Below, one piece after another: positions 1-12,100 of a stretch of DNA of 64,000 nucleotides; within the stretch, counting starts at the first letter, position 1; each line of letters opens with the position of its first letter. The DNA comes from Lingula anatina (lineage: Eukaryota > Animalia > Brachiopoda). The translations under genes and the position numbers were made by a program. The DNA lies in the NCBI GenBank assembly GCA_051362555.1, contig CM120640.1:23608225-23672224 (forward strand), written 5' to 3'. The notes under the pieces are model-generated. The model searched no databases. It was not told the origin of the DNA and saw only the letters and a list, made by a program, of their open reading frames with translations.

Positions 1-6
1 ACTCAC

Positions 7-111
7 AGTTTTGCAGTAGAGCTTAACAAGATTGAAGATGAACCCCCTGTCCATCAGTGACAGCAGGTCATATAAGAAGAAAGCCAGGCTTGTGTTCAGG
101 CCACGGGCATC
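7..111 (-). CDS. DOCK7: DOCK7-like exon 26 ([35 protein letters not shown])
   Basis: CAG acceptor, GTGAGT donor at 1-6; [18 protein letters not shown] motif. Confidence 0.93.
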
Positions 112-3100
112 CTGTAGAAATACAGAGATTATCAATGCCAGGCTTATCAAAATAATTATATTGACTTCAAATTTAATACAAATCAGTACAGACATAACAT
201 AAGAAGTGATCTAGTACGTAGTATATCAGGGGCGGATTTAGGCCGTCTTCTGGGTCTTCCGGAAGACGGTCAGATTTTCAAGTTTACATTGACGGGTATA
301 TAATTTTTTTCTGTCGGAAGACGGTCAAAAAATTGAGAATGGATCAACAAATACTGAGTATAATATGGAAGACTGTCAGAAAACATCTCTGGATCCGCCC
401 CTGTATATCAAATTCAATGAGTGGAATTAACATGACCACATGATACTTATAATATATAACATGACCACATGATACTTATAATATATAATGTTGAGCTTCA
501 GAGGAAACATTTTCAAATAGGTGTTTGAATATATGAAAATAATATTGAGAAACCATAATTCTATATGTATTTAATAATTCAAGGTATTGAGAAAAAATCA
601 TACTTCAAACAAAGTCTTGACAGTGATAGTACACAGATCAGCAATTTCAGACTGAAACACATTCTTTATACAATAAATTACCTTGAGTGTAGAATATCTG
701 TCCACTATCTCCTTGGTGATCATAGTGACCAGTGCTGTAACATCATCAATATACTGTTTAGGGAACCTGGCTTTCCTTGGGGTATCCATCTTGTCTGCCC
801 TGGCTAGATGTTCCGCCATGCTTTTAACCTGAAGTGCAAACAGAAAGTTATCATATACATCATATTCTTTAACAAAGGTTTTACCAGAGACCTAAGATAC
901 CATCTGGTTTCTCAGCTGAGTTAAAAAGACTTAGCTAGAGTATTAATTCAGTGTCAGTGACACTGAAAGTAATTTACAGTAATTTCACAATTATACAAAA
1001 GTAAAGAAGCAAATCCTAATAGATTTCTGCACATTCACCTACCATGAGCTCAAAGAAGAACCAGGCATTAGCCAGTGCAATGTCCTTGGTGGACCCACTG
1101 GAGACCACCCACTGGAGGGCTATCTCTTCATGGACATACTGGAATAATAAATGACAGGTAAACATATGTACAAATATCATTTATAGCTGATATTCTTAAA
1201 CATTAGACTACAGGGATGGGACAAAGGAATGCTAAAAAGGTGGCCCCCTTCTCCCACCCCAACCTAAATTCGTCCCATTTTTAAACACATTCAAAACAGG
1301 GCAACTTTCTTTACCCCCTTTCACATATAAAAAACGAGGAAAGCAGTCAGAGGCAGCAGAATTTCATCCTGATGATTGATATCTATTTGTTGGTTGACAC
1401 CTGTGATAGAACCATTCATTTGTGAAATTACCCGACAAAGATAAAAATGTCCAAGGGAAGTTCATATATCTGGCACAGCATGTTAGACCTTAAATATTTC
1501 AGCTGTTACCTTCTTGCTATGGAGTCTGCCATATCTAGGTGGCTGATCTGGATGTCTGAGGCTGCCACTTCTGTCTATTTTAGCAGCTGAAAATAAATTA
1601 ATTCATTGTCTTTTATCAATGAATCACATCAACAAAGGCAACAAAATATTAATGAATATGCTGTCTTTATCTTTTTAATCACAACACCAAAGACAATAAA
1701 TGTTCATGTCCTAACTTCCAAAATTTCTAGCTAAAACCATAAAAACTTACACGAAGCATCCATGCTTATCAACTTTTCGCCATTTTCATCCAATTAACTC
1801 ATGTTACTTCCTTTTTATTTTAAATCTAAACAGCTCACTAAAAGTTACTATAACAATAATCTTCAATACATACATGGTATTCCCAACATTCTCTCCACCT
1901 CAGAGTCAGGGGTGGTAGGGGTCACAGCAAGGTCAGGGTCACTGCTGCTTCTTGGGATATTTTGTTTCCCAACAGGGAGAGAGGTGGGGCGACCCAGAGT
2001 GGCATAGTTGCTCATGTTAGGTGTGGAAGCTGAAGCAAAGTTAGTAGCAGAGATTAGGGCACAGTCACTGCAATTCATTTTCTTTTCAAAATTGTGTACA
2101 TATCCACTGTGCTTATTTATATGAACTTCAACTTGACTGACTGTTTCAAAATACTTGTTAGTAAATAAAAAATCTGTTATTTGTTAAGCTTGTTTATATT
2201 CTACATTACACTAAAGAAATCAAAACTACATTACTGCACTGGTGATGATGAAAGTCAAAAACTACTTCAGAGAAAAAAAGACTAAAAAGATTAGATTTCA
2301 AAATCCCATGTAAAACAAAAAAACGAATTGTCTGGTGACATCAACTAGACTACTTTAGGTCTAAGTTAGTCCTGATGTGATCATGCCTAAAGTTAATAAC
2401 ACTGATTTGCACACTGGACTAAATATATAATGAAATACTACTCTGGATGACTATTTCCGGTCTGAACTTTCTCTGAATCTCTCCCTACCTATTGCACTGA
2501 GATCTGGGTGTGGCAGTGTACATGAAAACTGGATGTATTGCACAAGGAGGCTGTTTCTGCCATGGAGGTCATTTTTATCCTCCAGTAAACTCTGCAATGT
2601 CTTCACTAGCTGTGCTATTGACTCGAAGGAGGTCTGTCCAATGTTCACTGCAAGAAGAGAGAAAACATGGTAAAATAAATGACAGTCACTTAAAAATAAA
2701 CTAGAATTAGAAGCCATACAGTTTAGAACCTATTACTAAGCTACTTAAAATTTCCAATAAGACAATATCAGTATAACTGAACTTCTCTTTGAAAAATTTT
2801 AGAAACAGTAACAAATGAATAAATTCCAAAACATCGCCTTCCAATTCTTCAAATACAATTCTATCACAATTTTTCAAATATTGGTCAAAGATCCAAAAAT
2901 CTCACCAACTTGTCCCCCAATCACAGGTGGTCTGACCATCAGTAGCACCAATTTGTCCATGATCAGTGGCAGGAATCTGACCAAAGGTTCTCCCATAGCC
3001 CTGGACACGTCTGCCACACTCTTCTTCAGCTCTCCCTCAAAGTTCTCCAGACCAATGCCCCGCGGAATGTTGTGCTGCTCCGCACAATGGGACAGAGTTA

Positions 3101-6100
3101 GAAAGCGGTCTAGAAACTCGTCCTGGAAAAAAAATCCAATCCAATCCAATGGTTTTTTTTTCAAAGCATAATCTGACCTCTACCAATTTTGTCATAGGCA
3201 TGAATGAATGATAACCGCGTATATGTCATAACTTACAAATTATACATTTACAAATACATATTTGTATAATTTCACAAATCTGTACACATGTCAATATATA
3301 TTTTGCAAACCAAAATACGTAACTTTAAACACAAGAATGTACCTGAAAGGTGTTCAGAATGGTGTTCCTTGAAATTATATCAAAAAGAATAATTTGTGTG
3401 GAAAAAATCAAGTATGGAAAGTGTATGTTTTAGCAATATGGGAAAAATATGCCCCTGTTCACAACTTGACTAACATAGAGCAGAACATTTTCACTGGAAA
3501 TCACCAATAAAACAGACTGCTTTAAATGGGACTTATAATTTGGTCCCAATGTAATCTGGTCTTATGGTTTTTGTAGCCTTAGTAAGTCTAATTGTGAATG
3601 TGTCTTTTGTCTTTACTGCCATAATCTACACACCACCATATGTGTCCATCCACCTGAAGCTACCATGATATTATGTCCACTATACAGTACAAGCAGGAGA
3701 ATAATACACACATAATACAAGCACAATACAAGGGTAGGGAAATAAATACAATTCCATGTTTTCATTGCAAAATAATAATAATCATAATAATATAGAAGCC
3801 ACCTCCATCTGGGTAAATATCCAATAATAAATAGGGGTACAAAATAATGCACATCAGTATGAAACAAAATCTGCAAAGCGCCACTGAAAATGAGGAAAGA
3901 CATCTGGGTTGGAAGAATGTGTCAGAGTAAAATGAACCACAGGGATGTGTTTTTGTCCAACAACATTGTTTTTTGTTTTTTTTCCAACATAAAACTAACT
4001 TTGTTTAATCTTGGATGAGGTATAAAATCTTTACATGTAACATACTTAAAATATGGATTGATAAATCATTTTATTATGCTTTTTTCAACCTTTGGTTCAC
4101 TGGTCACTGTCACTTTCTTCCCTTTCCAACTTAAAAGCAATAAGGCCCCTGCACCAAACATAACCTACAGTCTGAGAGTGATGGTCAGCTGCACTCTGGC
4201 CAGTGTGACTATACTTAGAAACTTTCTGGCACATGCTCAAGAAGCGATCAATATTTCTGTCCTGGATGAAGCAACAATTCAAGGTGTGAAATAAAACAGC
4301 AGCATATTGGAAGATGTCAAAGTACACAAAGCATAGAGAAAAATATGATTCGTTGCAGAGTGGGAAACTCAACTAATTCAATAAATTAGCCTATTCTCTA
4401 TTTTCTATTCATACTTGCAATAAGGTTTAACTGATCCAAGCTTTATTACTCTCACTTCTCAACAAGTTGGTTGTGACTAAGACAACACTAGTTTGCATTT
4501 TACCTCAACAGCACAAGCAGAGTGCAAACTCAATCCTTCAAAAATGCATTGCAACTGTTTAAAAGTTTGGAACACAACATAATATTCTTAATATCCTATA
4601 ATGATATTGGGTTATTACCTGAGTGTGAATGCTGGAGACAGCACTGATGGAGACACTGAAGATAGGCTTGTGGTTGTCTATCCACTTCATCCCTGGTAGC
4701 ATCACCTAAGGAATAAAATGTACCAGCCTCTATTAGCCTATGGAATCAATTAAAAATTTTCATCTCACCACTTAAATTCTCATCATAATGGAGAGTTACA
4801 GGACTAGAGTCTATTCAAAAAGACAATATATTATGATTCATAGTTATAATGTGTTTCAATGTAATCAATTTAATTTTAAGGAATAAAAATACTGAAAACA
4901 AACAGTCAGTAATCAGCTGTGCAATAAACATTGTTAGTATTCAAGATGATTTTCTGTCTGTTACAAAAAGCATTGCGGTGAAAACAAACTACAATGAGAA
5001 AAAGCATAAATAAGAAATCTGAAAAATCTTAAAAGCAAGGTTTCCAATCCTACTTAAAAATATAAAATATGGAAAAATGGAACTCATGAAATGCAATAAA
5101 TATATCAGAAAGCAAAGATTTTTATATTTCAAAGCAATTCTAGCAGAAAAATGTCAGTGAAGACTTGAAATTCCTAAAGAAGCTACATCTGTCAATGAGT
5201 GTGATAAATACCCTTCCCCCTTTCAGCTGTGCTGCTTGAGCAGAGGAAAAATGGAAAACTGCGCAGCAAGTCAGTGCAGAAAGATGCATATATAAGGGTG
5301 GATATCATTTAGTCACATCAGATTTTATGGGAGTAAAAAGTAATTTTTCCAAATGTGAAAACAAAAAATCTTATAAGAACAAAAAATCCTTCTGATGTTA
5401 AGATAATCAAATTCAATTCTTATTCAAATGCTATTTTCAAAAACTGCACAATCAAGAAGGAATGGTTACCCTAGTTTTATCAGCGAAAAGTTAGGCTTAC
5501 ATTTTGAAATCTTAGATCAAATAGATGAAGTCTGACCCATGTAACCATATACAAATATGGTCATCAGCAGGGGTACGGGTGTATAAAACCCTGTGACCCA
5601 TCATGAAGCAGGTGTCTTTGATATCATAGAGTGGGAATGCATTGTGATATTATGATTACAAGCAATTGTGTCTTAACCTCATAAGACTCATCGGAGAACA
5701 ATGCAGACAGCTTGGTCCTCCAGCTACTATCTATGTGAACCTAGTTAGTAAGAAACCAAACAACACAGACTACAGTTACTGACATAATGTGCACTAAGGC
5801 CTAACCTGTATACACAGAGAACTACAATACATTCTATTGCAAGCTTACTTTTTATCTAATGTAAATGAACAAAAAAGAAAGAACACAGAGAAAGTATACA
5901 TATCATCTACCATAATAAAAACAAAGATGCCGCATTAAAACCAAAAGAACAAGCAACTAGTACCAAGTACGAAATGCATGCTTACCTAAATGGAATGTCT
6001 TATCAAATTGTACACTCAAAATATATAGATATATGGTACTTACATCAGGATGCAGAACTGAATAGTTGGGTGGTGGTTTCTCAAGAGACACTGGCAGATT

Positions 6101-9100
6101 GAAGTCCCCTACTACCAGGTGTCCATCTTGCAGGATTGGCAGCCACTTTAAGTATACACATAAAAAAGTCAAACTCATAATACAACATTCATTTATATAT
6201 TTTAATATCATCAAAATCATCTGATCAAAATGAAAGTTGGCAATAAAAGAAAACAGTTTTTACAGAAGGTGACAAAGATGACAATACCTTATAAAGTAAA
6301 TTATAAAAAAAAAAAAGACAGTCACTAATGTTGTCAAATGCCTTAAAAATGCTTGTAACTCAATTTCTTACACTATAACCAATAGGTGTCTCCAGCTGTT
6401 GTGGGACATCTTTCTTCTGGCAGCTGATGTGGTAGAAGGTGAAAAACAGGTGGTGTGGGTCCCCCAGCCTGGCTGGTAACTTCACCTTGATCTCATCATA
6501 GAAGTCGGGGGACCTGAAAGACAGGATGTAAAATACCTCTTTTGTACAAGCTCTACCTACATTGGACTTAATAGAAGTTTTAAAAATAAGTTAAACAGGG
6601 AGTCCTTCGAACATAATTATTCAGCACAACATGATGTGTTACATATACATTACATCACTGGTAATTTTACCTGAATTTTAAACATCATGGCAACCATTAA
6701 GCTACAAGGACACTCTAGTTGTGGTAAGAAAAGAAAGGTCTTACTTGTTATGGTACGTCACACTGGTGTAAGCTTCTCTAGAGAACTCTGGACAGCTGGA
6801 CTTGCCAAATATCACCTGAAATATGTTCAAATGGTAAACAAAAGAACACATTTATCTATTGAGAAAGGTCACAACAAAAATATCCTGAGGAAATTTAAAA
6901 TCAAGTCATGTACACGACACTTGATAAAGAATCTGAGGAGCCTTCTCAACTCTTCTATTTCAGGAATTATGACTTTCACCAATGTTTACATCTGATTCTG
7001 CAAATCCCCACTCAATCCCCATCTCTAGAATATCTAATTATACACATCTTTTTATCCATTTAACTACAGAATACAATCAATGTTGGCTTATATGTACAGA
7101 AGAAATGCTGATACAATGCAAAGAACCATTTTATTCATACAGGTAGATTCCATAAAAAATTAAATCATTCTGAAAATGAGAAGAACTACTTTTACAGAGG
7201 AAAGGTTTAGTTTACGACTTCCATATGCTGTTAGTACGAGTATAAAAAGGACTATGAGAACTTAAGGTGTTAATACATCTATATACCATGTATATATTTT
7301 CATCTATAACTTATTTAAGGCAAACTACTATCATTCACATATACACCATAAGGAGCACATTATTAAAGCAAACTAATAATGTTTTAACATTACATTGGTA
7401 AACATGACATATTTCAGTCATATGGCAATCATTAATCACAAAACTAGCTTTATTTCAGTACATTAAATGTGTCCCATTAAGCCTTTTAGGTATATGAACT
7501 TGTTAAAGTATTCAATATAGTCCAACCTTTACATGCCAGACTATGTCAGTACTTAAATCATGATACATATCATACAACTTTTCATATATACTTGTATCTG
7601 TATGATATTCAACTTGTGCTTTATGCATATAGTGATTTGTAGCTTTATTTAAATTAAAAAAGAGAAATTACCAAGCCTTTAAACGACAAAAATGTTTGGA
7701 CCATGAATAATTCAGATAAAATTCGAATAGATTTTTAAGAAACAATTTTTTGGGGGAATTGAATATTGGATTTTCTGGAATGAAAAATCTATTATTAAAA
7801 TAACATTTGATAACATGTCTAAAACAACACTCAACCTTTTTATCTTATAAAAGTAATAGGTGTAGAACATCCAACTATAAAATTCATGGACAAAATCAAA
7901 CAGGTTAAGGGTAGAAGGGGTCATCCTTCCTACAAGATGCTACAAAGAACATCCTTCCAGATTTTGGATATAAAATATCCAACTTTTAGAATTCGCCTAG
8001 TTTAATCCCTGTATACCCCCAAATCTGCCAACAATTCATAGCCCTGAGTCAGTATGATAAGTATTGGAATATAAATTATACATGCCAGTGAATCTATTCT
8101 ACAAACTACTATACAGATACTGGTAGTGTGCTGCATCTATGACCAGAGTTTGTTACTGTCTATGTTAGTGTTACACTGCTCTACCTTCATATTGTTCTGG
8201 AAAGACTTCCTCATCTCAAAGTCATCAGTGCCATAGAGCTGTGTAATAATTACAAATGTCATTTTATGTTTTGGGATTACTTGCTCACAACTGGGTATTA
8301 TCATAATTGTGAAATGTTTTAATTCAAAACTGTGTTTCACTGCATATAACTCCAGCAAAATCTACTGACTAAAAACAATCTTATCAAGAATGTAGAAAAC
8401 TGTAAAGGAAATAGACAGACATCTGAAAGAAAATGTCAGTGAAATAGGATGCACACATTATTCAAAACTACAGCCACACTATAAAAAAGTGACATAAAAG
8501 CTGATACTATTCAATCACTTGGATTCTTAAAATTAAGACAATCGTGCTGGAACATCACAGCAACATTATAGTGATAAGAACAACTTTACATTATGCAAAC
8601 CACATCAGATACAATGTGGCAACAGTTCACCTGAAGTACACAATTTGAACCATTTTCAACAGGTGAAGACTTTCACAGGTATCTAATAACTCAACTTAAC
8701 CAACACTCATTATTGATTTGAATTCAAGTCCTCTACTCACCGGTAATGCATGGACCTCCTCCTCCCCACCCATGAACTGAACTTTGATTGCTATATTTCG
8801 CGCAGCTCCTTGTCTGTTAGCAAAGTTCACAGACTTTGGATAAACAAACAGCAGGTTTCTGGGGGAAAAACAGTAACAAATAAGGTAACCAGACTCCCTT
8901 GTATGTCAATTCCCAAATAAATGAAGATCTCCACTTTTAAAATCTCTGCTCAAAGTGAAATGCACCCCAAAAATAAATACACTATCAGAACAATTTTAGG
9001 GAGAACTCCAAGATTTTCCTGGCAATACCTTACCTATATGTTGTATTAGGCACATACACCTCCCTGGAGGGAAACTCCTGGAGTTCCTTGGTAGGCCGGC

Positions 9101-12100
9101 CCTTGTCATCAGGGTAGGGGTCAATCTTGTAGAGCTCAGGGCTGAGGCAGTACTTTGGCTCCTCTGGACAGGGAGAGATGTCCAGCTTCAAGGTACCTGG
9201 AAGCAGGGGAAAAGCAGGACTAAGAAGAAAATAGGTGCATACAAAAGACAGAACAAACCTCCTCCTGTCAGTTATTAAGTATCACACCTCACTAGAAAAG
9301 GAATGTCAGCATGTTGCTCCCAATGCTAATGAAAATATAATTCTTCCTACATATAAAAATCAGTTTGACTGCAAACCTGATATTTTCCCAATAAAAAAGC
9401 ACATAACTTTTAGAATATGGCATTCCTATACATGTCAAAATTTGATTTACATGACATACTAAAACCATGTGCTGCAATGGGGGTATTACCTTTATGGCTT
9501 CATACTTACCAGGAATACATTTAAGTCTCTTCAACACAGACGTTGGCTTTTTAAGATCTGCCAGAAATCTGAACAGGTCGTCATCACTTAGTCTATCTCC
9601 CTCCTAGCATAACAAAAACAAGGTGTGGTTTTATAAGACTAACTGCAGTAGAACTAACCACGATTTGTTATGCTACATATCCACATATAGGCATCTTAAC
9701 CACCAATTTTCATCATTTACCGACTTCTTTCAAACTCATAAAAGATTCTTTCATCATCAACTACTTATAATGATAATTCACAAAACATAAATTTACAATG
9801 TACTCCTCCAAATGCCAACTATGAGATGGAGATTAAGGACACCGTTACCTGTTTGAAAAAACTGGACACCGTCAGTGTGACAGGTCTGAAGTTATCCAGA
9901 CCAGTGCCTCCCTCTTCTGGCGACCAGCTCACCCTTTTGTCCAACAGTGACTTCCTACGTTCTAAAGAGCCTTGCCGAACGAAAGCGGCATCATCTCGAG
10001 ATTTCTTTCTGAAGCTGTCAAACTGTGTGCCTCTACGATCTGAGGTTTGTAAAATATAAAACTACACATATAAATATATCATATCAGGAAATGTTTTACT
10101 CATGACTGTACAGTTTTTAGCAAATACTATATTCCTCTGAATACTAAATCTATATATGACTTAAGAAAATACCTAGAGCCAAATGTTATTCATCAGTATG
10201 CACTTCTGCTACCTGAAGTAACATGCAAGTTTAATGGCAGTATAAGACCAGGTGCAAAAGACTTGAGCAAGATGCACAGGTCCAGGTTAAACTAATGAGA
10301 TACATCACCAATAGAGCTTATGTTTCTTTAAACATTACCTAGGCTACTAGTGCTACCAGGTTCCATGCCCTTATCTTCTCTGTCCAGACTATTGGCCCCA
10401 CTGACTATATTCATTAAGTAGATGGCTGTCCAAGCAAAGGGCATTCTGTACTTGCCTAACTTCTCACAGAAATAGGCTGCATTGCCTTTTAGTTTGTCAC
10501 GATTCTGAAGACAGCAACAATATAGAAAATTACAAAGTTAGTCAAGAATCTGTCTTTAGAATACTAACAACTTTGTACATTGTATTATGTTAATACGGAA
10601 TTTTTTTTCAAATCTCAAAAAACTGATTGACCCATTTGTAACTGACAAGTTCCTTCAACATGTTTCTGTTCACATGCCACACAATGAACTCGGTATTGGC
10701 CTTTATAATCTAGCAAAACAAAGGAAATACAGCTACCTTTTCATCTTTCATGTATGGTTCTGCACACTCTGAGATGTTGCCCTGTTGTAGCACCTTCTCA
10801 AGCTGGAAAAATATGGTATTAAATCTATGTTTTGTCAGCTTATTAAGTGTCCTGATCTACAGTATTACATATTATCATTTTTGTCAAAACAATGTTTATT
10901 TCATACATCAACTTTTTCCGCAGACACAAAATCTCCCCTTAAATATTTGAATTATCTCCCCACTTTCTTGCAGAATACAAATTAGATGTTACCTTCAAAT
11001 GGACTAAGAAAAGCCTACCATAAATGTTCTTTCTTTTAACACAACATTGAATGTTTCTCTTAATCTGGATAGTCTTAAATATTTCTACTACTAACATTGA
11101 TGTCCATTTTAGTTTTTATTTACCTTCACAACAAGGAATACATCTGGAGAGGGGTATGTAATGCTGAAAATACAAGATCTACTCAGAGTAGAGATGTCTT
11201 GGTATGGTATATGTGACCCCAACATTTTCTTCATGTTTTCCGGTGTCAGGTCAAAGTAAAAGTTCTCGGATATCTGCAGATTAAAAAATAATTTTCAATA
11301 TTAAAATATCTGCTTTCTAACTGAAACACTGTGCACAGGTCAACAATACAGTAATTAAAATTTTGAAATACTTTCATCAACTGTAGGATAAACAGAAAAT
11401 CATCAATAATTAAATGTAAGAAACAAATACATGAAAGATGCAAAACAGACACCATTCGCCTTATCAAATTAACTATTTAATTTATACTTGCCTTTTTCTT
11501 TGCACTAGCATCATACAGTGCCATGGTGGCAAAGATTGGCTCAATTTCAAGTTCAAGCCTAAATATTAAGAAATAGAATGTTCAAAGTTATCTCCCCTTT
11601 AAACGAAATTTACAACTTGATACAATAAAGATGAGTACAAGGTACATAAATTATCCATGAATTCAGATGCAAACTTATTGATAATAGCATCCCCATTATC
11701 AAGTTTTGGAAAGCTCAATTGTGCAGCTTATGGCATCAGAAGAAGACCATAGGCATAACTAGATTCAGACTGAGAAGACCATAAAGAACAGCACATAGAT
11801 CTACATACTTTAGCTGCAGACACTTGACAAGAATCCGGTAGCCAAAATGCTCAGATGGAACTGCAGCAGGCAAACGGCGTTCTATCATCTCCTCCTGTTA
11901 TACAAAAACAAATAATTCAACACTGAGTGTCACAAGCATGCTTCCCATTTTGAAACAACATTTTTTTCACAAATCCATATTAAATCACAAATCTAAAACC
12001 GCATACCTCTTCTTGCATCGGATATAAGGCAAATATGGCTTTCTGCCTGTTCTGTTGCCTCTGTGTCTCACTCTGTACGTCTAGCTGTTCCGTGGGGGTG

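Noticed and set aside
4169-4261. Strictly mutually exclusive partner of DOCK7 exon 20
   Set aside because: With its strong donor the segment is phase 0-0, whereas exon 20 is phase 0-1. Substitution would shift the frame unless the weak GTTATG donor is used.
6816-9033. Nested ANGPTL3/ANGPTL8-like gene, as found antisense in introns of vertebrate DOCK7/DOCK6
   Set aside because: The introns here are short (175 bp to 1.9 kb), and I found no + strand signal-peptide, coiled-coil or fibrinogen exons.
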